Part shown: positions 1 through 13,587 of the stretch, piece by piece
How the letters are laid out: each line of letters starts with the position of its first letter
Numbering within the stretch: position 1 is the first letter of the stretch
Source of the DNA: Eledone cirrhosa
Taxonomy: Eukaryota
Direction: 5' to 3'
Assembly: GCA_964016885.1 (NCBI GenBank)
Contig: OZ024747.1
Span: forward strand, 71,548,001 to 71,612,000
Length of the DNA stretch: 64,000 bases
Position numbers and translations under genes: made by a program
Notes under the pieces: model-generated
The model's input: the letters and a program-made list of their open reading frames with translations, nothing else
Databases searched by the model: none
What the model was told of the DNA's origin: nothing

Positions 1-43
1 TGTGATGAACATTAGAAATGATTGTGTCTAGTTCTTTACTGTA

Positions 44-526
<483 letters not shown>

Positions 527-595
527 CAAATAGTTTTATCGCTCTACATGGCTGAATACAATAAATGTAATCTGAGTTTTTCAAATATTAATAAT

Positions 596-775
596 TGTTT
601 CTACTTTTGGCACAAGGCCACAATTACCCAGTACTGGTACTTTATTTTATCGACCCCGTAAGGATGAAAGGCAAAGTTAACCTCGGCAGGATTTGAACTC
701 AGAATGGCAAGGGCCGTAACTCTATGCGTCAAAGCATGTCGTCTGACCCTCTACCGATATTGCCAATCCACCGCC
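596..775 (-). mobile_element. tRNA-derived SINE with 17-bp TSD
   Basis: Minus strand has A-box-like TGGCAATATCGG, B box GTTCAAATCC and core GCCTTTCATCCTTACGGGGTCGATAAAATAAAGTACC; TSD TTTCAAATATTAATAAT at 579-595 and 776-792; many other copies in the window. Confidence 0.9.
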
Positions 776-1455
776 TTTCAAATATTAATAATATTCGATT
801 CGTTTGCAATTATGCAAACAGCCTCTTTAGGGTCTGTCATTCTTAAGCCTGTGATTCTTGCTCTTGTGTTGGCATATAAACAGAACGGCATACACTAATG
901 TTTCTGGGTGATTACACTTCGTCAGGATTGCCTTCGAAGAAAAGGATACTGTAAATAGGGTCACGTCATGTTCTCACAAGGCTGTCAATTCTGAAAGTCT
1001 GACGAAGAGATAAAGGGGGATGGACCCTAGTTCTTGACTGGTACTATATTTTATCTGACCAGAATTATGAAAGTTAGGATTGAAAATCAAAACGCAAAAG
1101 GGCGAACATATACCGCAAGTCTAAAGATCTAACGATTCTGGTAATCGAGCGCTCCCATATGGGGCTACCACTGTGTGTTTTACTGGAACTTCTAAGATCG
1201 ACAAACAACACCATAAGCAATATTAGAGGTGTAGGAAATCAGTGTTTGTTAGCCCCACACAATTAATATTAACCAAAAAATTATCCTGTTACCAGTGCCA
1301 ACAATACTTAAGACGTTATAAGCCATATCATTTATGAAAGTAATCTCTCAAAAATCAGCGAACCTAACAGATAATCTCATAATCTGTTTGATATAACTTA
1401 CTGCGTGTTTTCGCAATGAATTAAATAAAGAACTGATTTGCGTATATATGTATAC

Positions 1456-1537
<82 letters not shown>

Positions 1538-1563
1538 GCAAATCAGTTCGATATTTAATTCAT

Positions 1564-1683
<120 letters not shown>

Positions 1684-1916
1684 ATTTAATATATATGTTA
1701 TATATTTCATATTATTTACATCCCAATACAATGTCAGTAGAATTACAGGGTCATTCTACTGACGTGGCTTAAAGAGGGTGTTTGCATAATTGCAAACGAA
1801 TCGAATATTATTATTATTAATATTCGAAAAACTCAGATTACATTTATTGTATTCAGCCACGTAGAGCGATAACTTTTTGTTAGTTATTTATATATATATA
1901 TAAATATATATATATA

Positions 1917-1960
<44 letters not shown>

Positions 1961-2781
1961 ATATATAATATATATATATTTATAAATGTATGTGTATATA
2001 TATATATATATTGTGCTGTAGTGGTCAAGAACTTAGTAGTGGTCATAAAGAATCATGGACAGCTTTTTATTCCAACTACTGACATATTATTTTTGCTATG
2101 ATAAATTCCCCCTCCTTTATTCTGTCTCTTTTTTCCTCATTTCTTTATCCATACATCTGCCCCATAATTTTCCTTCCGACATCCCCCATAATCTCCGCTT
2201 CTCTGATTCTCTTTTTTCTTCTGTATACGACCCTTGGGCAGTACATTCCGTTCTTTTCTCATCATGTGTACTTGTTTTCAAATTAAAGTCACAGTATTTC
2301 TTCCTAACATTACTATCCTGCACCCGTTGTATATATTCCTGTCACGCTTGTAAGGTCCTTTGTCACTTTTCATTTTAATGTTTAATTTATTTTCTTGCCT
2401 TATTTTACTGTTTATTTTATTATGTTTGTTCCCCAACGTGTTATTCTGTTCTGCTGTTTATTTTCTGTATGTCTACCATATTGTCTTGTATTGTCTATCA
2501 TATATCTTTTTCAGATTATAGACATTCCCCTCTGTCCTCTGTCATCCAGAGACGGACCGTGATATTGTCTTTAATCAACTTGAAATCACACAGTGTTCGT
2601 TCCAATTTGATGGCCGATGAGCGTAGCTTGCGCTATATATCTTTACTGTCATAATTCAACGCGTCTCCGTTCTTTCGGACAGAAATTTGACTATATATAT
2701 ATATATAACGAAGGAAGTGTGGTGAGGAACCAGATGGACCATACTTAGGGTAGTATATATATATATATATATATATATATA

Positions 2782-3330
<549 letters not shown>

Positions 3331-3552
3331 TTCGTTTCTGAATTTGTTTAGCAAGATTCTTTATCTGAAATCGTGTGTTGAAACCGATATTGTTATACTT
3401 TGGGAGGGTCATGTTGCCAATAAGAAACACACGCACTAGTTGCTTTCACTTCAATTTATTATATATTTATAAATTTATAAATTTACAAATCTACAAACTT
3501 ATAAATTTCTGGTTGGTTGGTTGGTTCCACAACCAGATAGTTGTTTATATAT

Positions 3553-3597
3553 AGTCATAGTCCTTTCGTCACACACTCTGTGACCTCTTCAGTGACT
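3553..3597 (-). ncRNA. Minimal hammerhead ribozyme, family B
   Basis: AGTCA-CTGAAGA-G-GTCACA GAGTG TGTGAC-GAAA-GGAC-TA-TGACT on minus strand, sense to the ORF. Confidence 0.8.
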
Positions 3598-3801
3598 GGG
3601 GATTCCTTTCTTTGTTTCTGTGCCTTTCCTTTCTTCTGTCCTACGCCATTTTGTTTCTGTGTGTGTGTTGTGTGCTCAGTTTGCGCATGCGCCACATCCG
3701 GGTGTCTGTGTGTGTTTGTGTTCATTTATCTATTTGTTTATTTATTTATTTATTGTTGGTTGGTTGTTTGTTCTATGTGTGTGTGTGTTTTCATTTTGTC
3801 C

Positions 3802-5250
3802 TTAATTGTAAGTTGTGATGTTGCTGTTCCACTCATATTTTCTATTTAATTTTGGTTGTAATTCATTTATGTTTATTGCCTCTGTAATTTGCCTAAACAT
3901 TGCATCTTTTCTGTGTGTGGATTCTATTTTTATTTCTATGTTCTCTAATTTACTCCTGTGTTCTATCTTAGCATGTTGGTAGAGCACAGATGATTCTTTA
4001 TTATCTTGAAGGTCTCGCCAGTGTTCATTTATTCGTTCCCCTATACTACGAGCTGTCTCACCTATGTACACTATATTTTTGTTTCTACATTGTCCTTCAG
4101 TACATCTTATGCTATACACTACATTTCTAGTTTTACAGTTAATATGGGGGCTTATTTTACAGGTTATACATTTCTTATCTATACATGAGGGTCTTTGGAA
4201 CGGGTATGTCTTGCTAATAAGTGTTTTTACGGAGGTACCTGGTCTTTCTACTATCTTAATATTGAGTTTATGTTTATTTAGGGCCCTTCTAAATTTGTAG
4301 GCTAGTTCGCCTCTAGGGGTTGTATTGATGAACATTACACTCTGGTAGTTATTGCTATCATACCATGAGTTTATTCTATTGGCCTTGTTCCTAGTTCTTT
4401 CTATTCTATTCCAAAATGTGCTCCTATACAAGGGGCAGGTCCCATTTATGTCATTATTTACCATTTTTTCCCATTTGGTTCTGGCTCCTCTATACACTCT
4501 GATTCTATCTCTCTGATTGTAGCCAGAGAACTGCATACGGTGGATGAAGTGTTGTATGTGTCTCTCTAGTTCTTCGGGGTTGCACATGCGGGACACATTT
4601 CTCATCACCCGTACCAAATCCGCAATCAGTATGTTGATTTTGGTATGGTCCGAAATGGCCGAGTTTCGGTGGATCAGATGTTTGGAAGTCATGGGTTTGG
4701 CATAATGGGAATGGAGGATTTGTTTTTGGTTGTTAATGGTATCTAACCAGAGCTCTGTGTCTAGTACAGGTAATCGATGGTTGGGGTGTCTACTTGGGTA
4801 GTCTATAGTAACTCTAATGCTCTGGTGGATGGAGTTTGCTATTTGCTGGATGCTTTCCATTGTGTTTTTCTCTAGTTCCTGACTGTTCTTTAGTGGGGGT
4901 ATCTTAACTACGATGTTTATATCATCTACGTAGCGGGAGTACATTATCAGGGTTAAGCTGTCTTCTAATTGTTCTTTAAGTTTTTGTTTAAGTCTACTGT
5001 CCCACCATACTATGAATAAGTTAGCTATGTCGCCTGCAATGCTAACACCAATGGCTGCTCCTTCCTCTTGGGCATATGTTTTACCATTAAATTTGAACAT
5101 ATGTTCCTTAAGGGTTAATTTTATGCTGGCCCCTACCACATGTGCAATCTTTTTCTTCAGTTCATCGTGGTTTTCGGGTGTCCGTATGGCTCTGGTCCAC
5201 CCGTTCCATCTATCTGTGTGGGTTTTCTTGGCCATTGAGGTAATGGTAGG
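3802..5250 (-). CDS. PLE reverse transcriptase (C-terminal part) plus GIY-YIG endonuclease, 5' truncated
   Basis: ORF 3802..5316: GAAIGVSIAG, YSRYVDD, LPVLD, Cys cluster, NVVY..YIGETARS..ER..EH, E..IN..QPKLN; the first ~22 codons derive from flank and the inverted end. Confidence 0.9.
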   Translation of the reverse strand, partial: PTITSMAKKTHTDRWNGWTRAIRTPENHDELKKKIAHVVGASIKLTLKEHMFKFNGKTYAQEEGAAIGVSIAGDIANLFIVWWDSRLKQKLKEQLEDSLTLIMYSRYVDDINIVVKIPPLKNSQELEKNTMESIQQIANSIHQSIRVTIDYPSRHPNHRLPVLDTELWLDTINNQKQILHSHYAKPMTSKHLIHRNSAISDHTKINILIADLVRVMRNVSRMCNPEELERHIQHFIHRMQFSGYNQRDRIRVYRGARTKWEKMVNNDINGTCPLYRSTFWNRIERTRNKANRINSWYDSNNYQSVMFINTTPRGELAYKFRRALNKHKLNIKIVERPGTSVKTLISKTYPFQRPSCIDKKCITCKISPHINCKTRNVVYSIRCTEGQCRNKNIVYIGETARSIGERINEHWRDLQDNKESSVLYQHAKIEHRSKLENIEIKIESTHRKDAMFRQITEAININELQPKLNRKYEWNSNITTYN

Positions 5251-5428
5251 TGGCAACATGACCCTCCCAAAGTATAACAATATATATATAGTTATGTAAT
5301 AAACAACATAAGGCAATTATTCCATTTACCAGTGGTTTCTTAAAAGCAAAAAATTTTGCTTTCAATCATCGGAATGAAAAAATTCTGGACTATTTATTGA
5401 ATTGGATTCTTTAAAAAAAAACACATAT

Positions 5429-5469
<41 letters not shown>

Positions 5470-5482
5470 AGATATAAGATAT

Positions 5483-5574
<92 letters not shown>

Positions 5575-5585
5575 ATATAAGATAT

Positions 5586-5662
<77 letters not shown>

Positions 5663-6028
5663 AGAGAAAGCCTTAAGCGATACTCCGACCAACTCCATCT
5701 CACTCAACAAACATTAGGATATACCTAAGTATTATCCCAATTTAGTGTTTGGGTGCTAACTAATCAGTATTTCGTGGATAGTTGGTTGTATTATTTTATA
5801 TGAGACATTATTAAATAAATATCTCTTTCCTTCCAGACATTCAACAGTTTTCCAAGAGATGTCAAGATGAATGGACCTGCTATTTTTATCTAAAGACATT
5901 TTTTCCCAATTCTAACCCGCCTGTCCCCTCTATCTTATTTCTCATTCTTTCTTCTGATGAAGGACTAGCGTACCTCTTCCTGCTGTATCAATTGTGTTGT
6001 TATTTCTGTTTTCCTTTTACATACATAC

Positions 6029-6078
<50 letters not shown>

Positions 6079-6226
6079 TTTCCCCTCCCCCAAAAATTGA
6101 TGACCTTGTGTCTAAATCAGAAACCATTATAAAATTTGTAACATTACAATTATTTTGCCTGTGTAACATAGCAAAAGTGTCCATCAAAATACAGTGAATG
6201 ACACTATTACTTATAACAATGAGAAG

Positions 6227-6349
6227 GGCGGTGGGTTGGCAGTATCGGTAGAGAATTGGACACCATGCTTTGCAGCATAGAGTTACGGCCCTTTACAGTC
6301 TGAGTTCAGATCCCGCTAAATTACTGGCCTTTGGTCTATACTAGAAATC
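6227..6349 (+). mobile_element. Internally deleted tRNA-derived SINE with ~22-bp TSD
   Basis: A/B-box head and family 3' end; ATTACTTATAACAATGAGAAGG at 6206-6227 and 6350-6371. Confidence 0.85.
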
Positions 6350-7558
6350 ATTACTTATAACAATGAGAAGGCGCACTGTTTAAGCGGTTTTGAACTTATG
6401 AGTGTAATATCGTGGATTCAATTCTTGGGCAGAGTGAAAATGATTACCACCAGCAACTGCGGATTAACCCTGCAATGGATTTGCATGTAACTTCAGTTAC
6501 TTAACGCCTGCAAAACCGTTATAAGCCCCGGGATTAGACAGACTTTAACATTTATTTTTTAACTTATATAAACAAGAGCTCCTATTATTATTATGAAATT
6601 CTGATAACGCCAGAAACTACATCTGACATTTGACATTTCATTCAAATACTATGAAAATATTTGACGGTAATAATATTAAAGTTAGACAAAAAGGCAATCA
6701 CAACTTAGTTATTTGAAATCACCAAGAAACCACGCCTTACTATCTCAAATAAGGAAAAACATTTTAGTAATGTCTTCTAAAATGACGGGATGGTCACAGT
6801 TGGTGTGGCTTTTATGAAGAATCTGCTTGATCAGAATTCAGCTTGTTAATCAACAACAACAAGCAACAACAAAAAATACTTCAGTGTTTTTAGGACTGTG
6901 GCAATCGTATGTCTTATTTAATCCAGAAATATATATTTCTCAGTGTGAAGAGCTTCGTGGAGCTTGAGCTAAGTTCCCAGTAATCCGGGACTTCAACACT
7001 ATTTCAGATTCCAATTTGAGAATATGTTTTACATCACATATGTCACTAGTATCATTGGGAAAAGCATGAATGTTACACTTCCCATTTCTCACTTGACTCA
7101 AATATAGCGCTATGTACCCAACCAATCACAGGAAACTAATTTTACGCCTTGGTAGGTTTGACTTTTCCCCAACCAAAGTTTGTAACACAACATTTAGCAG
7201 TTTCATAAGAAAACTGATAGATGTAGCTGAATAATTAACGATCCGTTAGCTTGCTTACAATTTTCAATTCGAATCTTGCCAAATTTGCCCAACGTTACTT
7301 CACTCCGGGATTGACAAAACTAAGTGTCAGTAGCATAGTGTATTGAAGAGTTTTAAATCTAGTCTGTGTATCTGAGCTGTTCAATCTGAAAAACGTATTC
7401 TCACGCTTCGATCTATACTTTCCGCGGTGTATCTACTTCAAAAGAGTTAATTGGAGAAGTTGAACAGCAATAACAACATCAGCAAACGCTATAAGTTAAA
7501 CCTAACTGTTTATATCAACTATGATTTTGTTAATGTATTAATAATTTTAAACAGAGGC

Positions 7559-7593
<35 letters not shown>

Positions 7594-7857
7594 TGTTTCT
7601 TTTATTTGCCACTAGGGCATCAAAAGTGGGACAAGTACAAAGGGGGGAGTTTACACAAAAAGGCGTCCTCAATAAGGAGGAGGCAATAACAAAATATAAA
7701 AATAAAATAAGATATAACAAAAAATAAAATTTTTAACAAAATCCTCAATAGAGAGGAGGCGCCTTGGGGGGTCGCACACACCCCCGAAAAAAGTGTGCAA
7801 CCCTTCTCCTCAGGAGCACAGAGAAGGGGTGCTCCCTTGGTCTTTCATCTTCCTCAC

Positions 7858-10800
7858 CTATAGTCTGATGTAGAGTGAAGGCCCATTCACACGGGCCATT
7901 CTCGCCACTTTCACCCATCTTTCATAGAAACGGCTGGGGTGCAGCACCTCTCTCTCCATCCTGATCCTTCTTCCGAAATGATATCGGAAGAAACGGACCA
8001 GTTGTTGGCCAGAGAGAAAGGTGCCCGACCTCAGTCCTTTCAGACGCGTCCACCATACAACCTCTTTCGCCATGGCTATTACGCACAGAAACACCGCCTC
8101 TGCTTCATCTTTGAAGGGGGGAGGCGGCTTGATCATTACAATAGACTCGGTGGTCAACCGGATCGGTCCCACCCTTGACAGCAGTTGTTCGACATAGCCC
8201 CACAGATCGGCTACGCCCGAGCAGTGTACCAATGCGTGTGCAACGGTTTCCTCGTCGCACACGCATCTGGGACAGATCTTTTTGGCGGGGTCCCTACCCG
8301 GGCGCCCGTGTCTGTAGAGCCTTTCTCGAACGGGTAAAGCCCCTCGGTAGCACTGCCAGGCCAGGGACTTCTGGAAGTTGTCCATAGGTCCCGGGCTGAA
8401 TGTCCTACCGAACAGGCTGGCCAGTTCGTCCTCCTCCATGTCTAGGGCTTCTCCGAGGGCGTCGTCGCACCTGCTGCGTACCAGCCCTCTATAGAATGTT
8501 GCGGTGGAGTCTCCACTGATAACCGGATACGCCTGCCAGAGGGCGGTGAGCGCCTGGGCACACTCAGTGTGCCAGGCGCCCAGTTTTCTCGGTCTTTGCT
8601 TGACCCAGGATTGCAGCTCGGTGAGTGAGACGAGTCTGGGAAAGGTTCGTCTCACAAACGAGGCCCACACCGGTTGTCCGGTGAGGAATACGTAGAGGTG
8701 CCGTAGCCTTAATGCGTGTTTACGCATCATTAGCCACGGCATCCCCAGCCCTCCTTTCGAAGGGTGTTGACAGCAGATGGATCTCCTCACCATAGGAGCC
8801 CGCCTCTTCCAAAGGAATTGGAGGAGCGCGCGCTCCATCTTGGTGAGGGTTTCCCTTGGGCAGGGCACTACGGTCAGGCGGTAGTAGATGACGGACGCTA
8901 TGTAGGTGTTCGCCACCTCCGCCCGACCTTTCAGGGATAGTTTGCAACTGGCCCACTTCTGGGTCAGTGCAAACACCCTGTTCGTAACCTCCGCCCAGTT
9001 TTTCTCCACCTGGAGGTCCGGTCCGAACCAGACCCCGAGCAACTTCACCGGGCCCTCCGTCCAGCGTCCGACGACGCCATCGGAGGGCATCGGTCTGCCC
9101 CTCCACGTGCCGAGTTGCAAACCGATCGACTTGTCCCGGTTCAGCTTAGCCCCTGTGAACTTTTCGTACTCCTCCAGTAAGGTGCCGACCGCCTCGATTT
9201 CGGAGGCCGTCGACACCATTACTGTCACGTCATCGGCGTAGGGCGACACCGCTTTCCGCAATCCCGGTTCCAAAGGGATGCCCTGCAACAACTCCAACTT
9301 CCGCAGTAGTGGCTCGAGAGTCAACACATACAGAAGGGAGGAGAGAGGGCACCCTTGTCGGATGGACCGCGCGATTTTGAACGGCTCCGAGAGGTAGCCG
9401 TTCACCTTGACCCTAGAGCAGATGCGGCTGCTGTGCATAGCAGTGATCCAGCCCCTGAAAACGGGTCCGAAGCCTGCCGCCGCTAGCACCGCATCCAGGT
9501 AACCATGGTCGACCCTATCGAACGCCTTAGATTGATCCAAGTTGATCAGAGCCCCACCAAAGCCGGGTTCGTTCCCAACCCTCTCTATGATGTATCGCAT
9601 GAGGTGGAGGTTGTCATGGATGGACCTGGACGGGATAGCGCATGTCTGCGCATCTCCCACCAGGTTGCCCACGACAAGCGCCAACCTCTTTGCTAGCACC
9701 TTGGCCAAAATCTGTAACTCTGTATTTAGCAGTGTTATGGGCCTGAAGTTACTTATTTCTTCCTCCTTGTTCTCGTCCTTCCTCACTAGCGTGACTACGC
9801 CCTTGGTCACAGTACAGGGAATTCTCCCGTTCTGTCGCCAGTTGCAGTAGACCGCCTCGAGGAGATCGGGGAACAAGTCCGGCATAGCTAGATATAATTC
9901 GTAAGGAAGACCATCGAGACCCGGGGATTTGCGTTTGCCGCATTGGCTCAGCACGTCCTCTATCTCAGCGGCCGAAATCGGCTCCTCGCAGGACTTCGCC
10001 TCCCTGTCCGAGAGGCGCGGCAGGCCGTCGAGGTATGGACCGAAGTCCACGTTCCCAACCGGCTCCCCGCCCCTCCCGAACAGTCGGGCAAAGTGCCTTT
10101 GAAAGGCCTCACACATCTGCTTAGGCTCAAGAATCGCCCGTCCATCCAGGTCTCGCAAAGACCGGATGGTGGATTTAGTTCCACTGTTGGCCTCTGTCAC
10201 GCGGGCCCAGCTAACAGCTTTGGTCCCCTCGTTCCCTAGAGCACGTATTTTACTTCGGACAACGCAGCCTTCGTGCTTCGCGTCGAAAAACTGGCTCAAA
10301 GCCGTTCTCGACGCTAGCACTCTGGCCACGTCGCCGCTTCTAATTGCCTCTTCTACTCTATCTATTAGCTCCCTTTCCTTCCTATTCCTATCCGCAGCTA
10401 GAACCTTACTAAATTCTATCGAGACTACTCTAATCTCTCTCTTTAGAGATACCCACCACCTGCTGTTGACGATCGCTCCAGTCAACCGTTCCTTAACTAA
10501 CGTACTAATCCGATTCCTGTAGGCTCTACTTGCCGGCAAGGACAAGTTGAGCTTCCAGTAACCGGGGCCCTGTCTATGAGTTCTGTCAAGGTTGACCATG
10601 CAGGTCACTAATTTGTGGTCTGAATAGCCAACCATGCGCATTTTTGGACAACTTAAAAAGTCCTTATCCTTAATTCTAACTAAGAACCTATCTAGGTACG
10701 ACCTAGATGATCCGCTACGATTTGCCCAAGTCCAGGTTGGCGCAGTCGGAAAATCTAGTCGATATCTATCGGCCAGGTCAAATCGACCGATTAACCCTTT

Positions 10801-11295
10801 GAGGCTATTACACCCCTCTCTATCGGGGCAGGCCCCTACGTAGTCCCAGCGTGCATCTAGGATACCATTCCAGTCCCCTACTAATAGCAAGGAGCGGGAC
10901 GTCCCTAGAAAAGTCTCCAGACGATGGAAGAAGTCCGGCCGCATTGACCCGAAAGGGCCGTAGGCGGCTACCAACCTAAACGCTCCGCCTTTACCACTGC
11001 CAAGGTCCAGAACCACTAGTCGACCCTCCGGGTCCAAATGTACCATCTGTGTTGCGAGACCCAGATGTTTTTGCAGCAGAACGACAACTCCACCCCCACC
11101 TCCGGGCTGACAGAGAGATGCGTGCATCTCAAAGTCATCAAAGGTGGGGGCCAGCTGTCGCACGTTGCTGATCCGGGCCTCGCAAATAACCATCACATCT
11201 ATACGTTGTGACCTGAGGTCATTTAGAAGCATTGCTTGCTTCCAAGTTGAGCCCAGGCCACGCGCATTTAAACAGCCTACTCTTAGCATAACCAT
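7858..11295 (-). CDS. LINE ORF2: APE endonuclease + reverse transcriptase + C-terminal zinc knuckle
   Basis: LNARGL, GDWN, SYLDRF, YSDH (APE); KSPGLDG, FRPITLLN, DQSKAFDRV, RQGCPLS, YADD (RT); CPRC..ETVAHALVHC. First ATG at 11295; frame open from 11319. Confidence 0.95.
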   Translation of the reverse strand: MVMLRVGCLNARGLGSTWKQAMLLNDLRSQRIDVMVICEARISNVRQLAPTFDDFEMHASLCQPGGGGGVVVLLQKHLGLATQMVHLDPEGRLVVLDLGSGKGGAFRLVAAYGPFGSMRPDFFHRLETFLGTSRSLLLVGDWNGILDARWDYVGACPDREGCNSLKGLIGRFDLADRYRLDFPTAPTWTWANRSGSSRSYLDRFLVRIKDKDFLSCPKMRMVGYSDHKLVTCMVNLDRTHRQGPGYWKLNLSLPASRAYRNRISTLVKERLTGAIVNSRWWVSLKREIRVVSIEFSKVLAADRNRKERELIDRVEEAIRSGDVARVLASRTALSQFFDAKHEGCVVRSKIRALGNEGTKAVSWARVTEANSGTKSTIRSLRDLDGRAILEPKQMCEAFQRHFARLFGRGGEPVGNVDFGPYLDGLPRLSDREAKSCEEPISAAEIEDVLSQCGKRKSPGLDGLPYELYLAMPDLFPDLLEAVYCNWRQNGRIPCTVTKGVVTLVRKDENKEEEISNFRPITLLNTELQILAKVLAKRLALVVGNLVGDAQTCAIPSRSIHDNLHLMRYIIERVGNEPGFGGALINLDQSKAFDRVDHGYLDAVLAAAGFGPVFRGWITAMHSSRICSRVKVNGYLSEPFKIARSIRQGCPLSSLLYVLTLEPLLRKLELLQGIPLEPGLRKAVSPYADDVTVMVSTASEIEAVGTLLEEYEKFTGAKLNRDKSIGLQLGTWRGRPMPSDGVVGRWTEGPVKLLGVWFGPDLQVEKNWAEVTNRVFALTQKWASCKLSLKGRAEVANTYIASVIYYRLTVVPCPRETLTKMERALLQFLWKRRAPMVRRSICCQHPSKGGLGMPWLMMRKHALRLRHLYVFLTGQPVWASFVRRTFPRLVSLTELQSWVKQRPRKLGAWHTECAQALTALWQAYPVISGDSTATFYRGLVRSRCDDALGEALDMEEDELASLFGRTFSPGPMDNFQKSLAWQCYRGALPVRERLYRHGRPGRDPAKKICPRCVCDEETVAHALVHCSGVADLWGYVEQLLSRVGPIRLTTESIVMIKPPPPFKDEAEAVFLCVIAMAKEVVWWTRLKGLRSGTFLSGQQLVRFFRYHFGRRIRMEREVLHPSRFYERWVKVARMARVNGPSLYIRL

Positions 11296-11319
11296 GTTGG
11301 TGGTGAAGAGAAAAGGCAC

Positions 11320-12026
11320 TTACCTCTCTGCGTCCCGGGTATCGGGCTGCACAATTTCCATTAGGGTGGGGGATGGGTTGTTGGGTGGGGTGGTGGTTTG
11401 TGGAAGTGTGGGAGCATCAGTGTGTTGTGTGGTTGGGGAGCTTGGAGTTGTGTGGGTGTTTGGGGAGGGGGTGGGATAGTTTTTTAGGGGGACGCGGTTA
11501 ATGGGCCCGACGCAGGGGGGACCCACGTCCTCTTTAAAATTGTTTTTTAAAGTTTTATAGGTGTCCTGTGGGGCCTTAATCATTTTGAGGTGGGGGAAAT
11601 CCCCTGCCTGGGTGAAGTTAGGCCCTTGTGTTTTTATTAGATTGTTGTTGTACACAATGTTTAACAGTTTTTTGTTTCTTGTATTTATGTATGTGTATGC
11701 ATGTTTTTGTTTTTGTGTGGTGTTTTTTGTTTGCTGTTGTTGTGAGCTCTTTTGTGTTGGTGTCAGTGTTATGTTTTGGGGAGGGGTTTTTTTCATTTGT
11801 GTGTCTGAGGTGTGTTTTCTTTTTTTTCTTTTGATTGTGTGGAAGTGCTCCTCCTCGTCTGACGACGAACTAGGGTCATCTTCCGCGTTGGAGGGGAGGG
11901 GTATATTTTCGGGTTGTGTTTGCGGTACGGGTGTTTTGGAAATTGTTTTTGTTTTTTGAGTGGAGGGGATGGGTTGGACATTGTTTTGTTTTGGTTTGAG
12001 CTGTGGTGGTTGTTTTTGTAGTGGTA
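11320..12026 (-). pseudogene. 3' remnant of LINE ORF1 (low-complexity T/P/K/N-rich)
   Basis: ORF 11320..11796 stops immediately before the ORF2 frame; assigned by position, no conserved domain visible. Confidence 0.55.
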
Positions 12027-12085
<59 letters not shown>

Positions 12086-12093
12086 GATAGATA

Positions 12094-13144
12094 TATTTCT
12101 TTTATTTGCCACTAGGGCATCAAAAGTGGGACAAGTACAAAGGGGGGAGTTTACACAAAAAGGCGTCCTCAATAAGGAGGAGGCAATAACAAAATATAAA
12201 AATAAAATAAGATATAACAAAAAATAAAATTTTTAACAAAATCCTCAATAGAGAGGAGGCGCCTTGGGGGGTCGCACACACCCCCGAAAAAAGTGTGCAA
12301 CCCTACTCCTCAGGAGCACAGAGAAGGGGTGCTCCCTTGGTCTTTCATCTTCCTCACCTATAGTCTGATGTAGAGTGAAGGCCCATTCACACGGGCCATT
12401 CTCGCCACTTTCACCCATCTTTCATAGAAACGGCTGGGGTGCAGCACCTCTCTCTCCATCCTGATCCTTCTTCCGAAATGATATCGGAAGAAACGGACCA
12501 GTTGTTGGCCAGAGAGAAAGGTGCCCGACCTCAGTCCTTTCAGACGCGTCCACCATACAACCTCTTTCGCCATGGCTATTACGCACAGAAACACCGCCTC
12601 TGCTTCATCTTTGAAGGGGGGAGGCGGCTTGATCATTACAATAGACTCGGTGGTCAACCGGATCGGTCCCACCCTTGACAGCAGTTGTTCGACATAGCCC
12701 CACAGATCGGCTACGCCCGAGCAGTGTACCAATGCGTGTGCAACGGTTTCCTCGTCGCACACGCATCTGGGACAGATCTTTTTGGCGGGGTCCCTACCCG
12801 GGCGCCCGTGTCTGTAGAGCCTTTCTCGAACGGGTAAAGCCCCTCGGTAGCACTGCCAGGCCAGGGACTTCTGGAAGTTGTCCATAGGTCCCGGGCTGAA
12901 TGTCCTACCGAACAGGCTGGCCAGTTCGTCCTCCTCCATGTCTAGGGCTTCTCCGAGGGCGTCGTCGCACCTGCTGCGTACCAGCCCTCTATAGAATGTT
13001 GCGGTGGAGTCTCCACTGATAACCGGATCCGCCTGCCAGAGGGCGGTGAGCGCCTGGGCACACTCAGTGTGCCAGGCGCCCAGTTTTCTCGGTCTTTGCT
13101 TGACCCAGGATTGCAGCTCGGTGAGTGAGACGAGTCTGGGAAAT
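12094..13144 (-). mobile_element. 5'-truncated ~1.05-kb copy of the same LINE
   Basis: Nearly identical to 7594-8643 at an offset of 4500 bp; (GATA)n on both sides. Confidence 0.95.
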
Positions 13145-13194
<50 letters not shown>

Positions 13195-13352
13195 CAGAAC
13201 CAAACCTAACTGATAGGACTATTAATCTAAAGCAGTCCAGTTGTGACATCCAACCACTCATTCTTCATTAGACTAAAATCCGAAGAGGGCTCGAAGATCC
13301 CGTTAAGGGTGAAAGCGGTGATTCTTTGCTTTAACTTTAATCTGTTATTTTA

Positions 13353-13515
<163 letters not shown>

Positions 13516-13587
13516 TTCATATATATTCATATATGTAAATATGTATATATATATTCATATATACATATATATATATATATGTATAAG

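Larger units (their letters stand above)
7594..12026 (-). mobile_element. Tx1/L1-clade LINE, truncated within ORF1, bounded by (GATA)n
   Basis: Intact ORF2, ORF1 remnant upstream, AATAAA near the 3' end, (GATA)n at 7559-7593 and 12027-12093. Confidence 0.95.

Noticed and set aside
5945-6130. CTGATGAAGGAC as a hammerhead
   Set aside because: No convincing stem II partner with GAAA; interrupted by a microsatellite
7939-11479. Plus-strand and alternative-frame ORFs overlapping LINE ORF2
   Set aside because: Shadow ORFs of GC-rich coding sequence with no motifs
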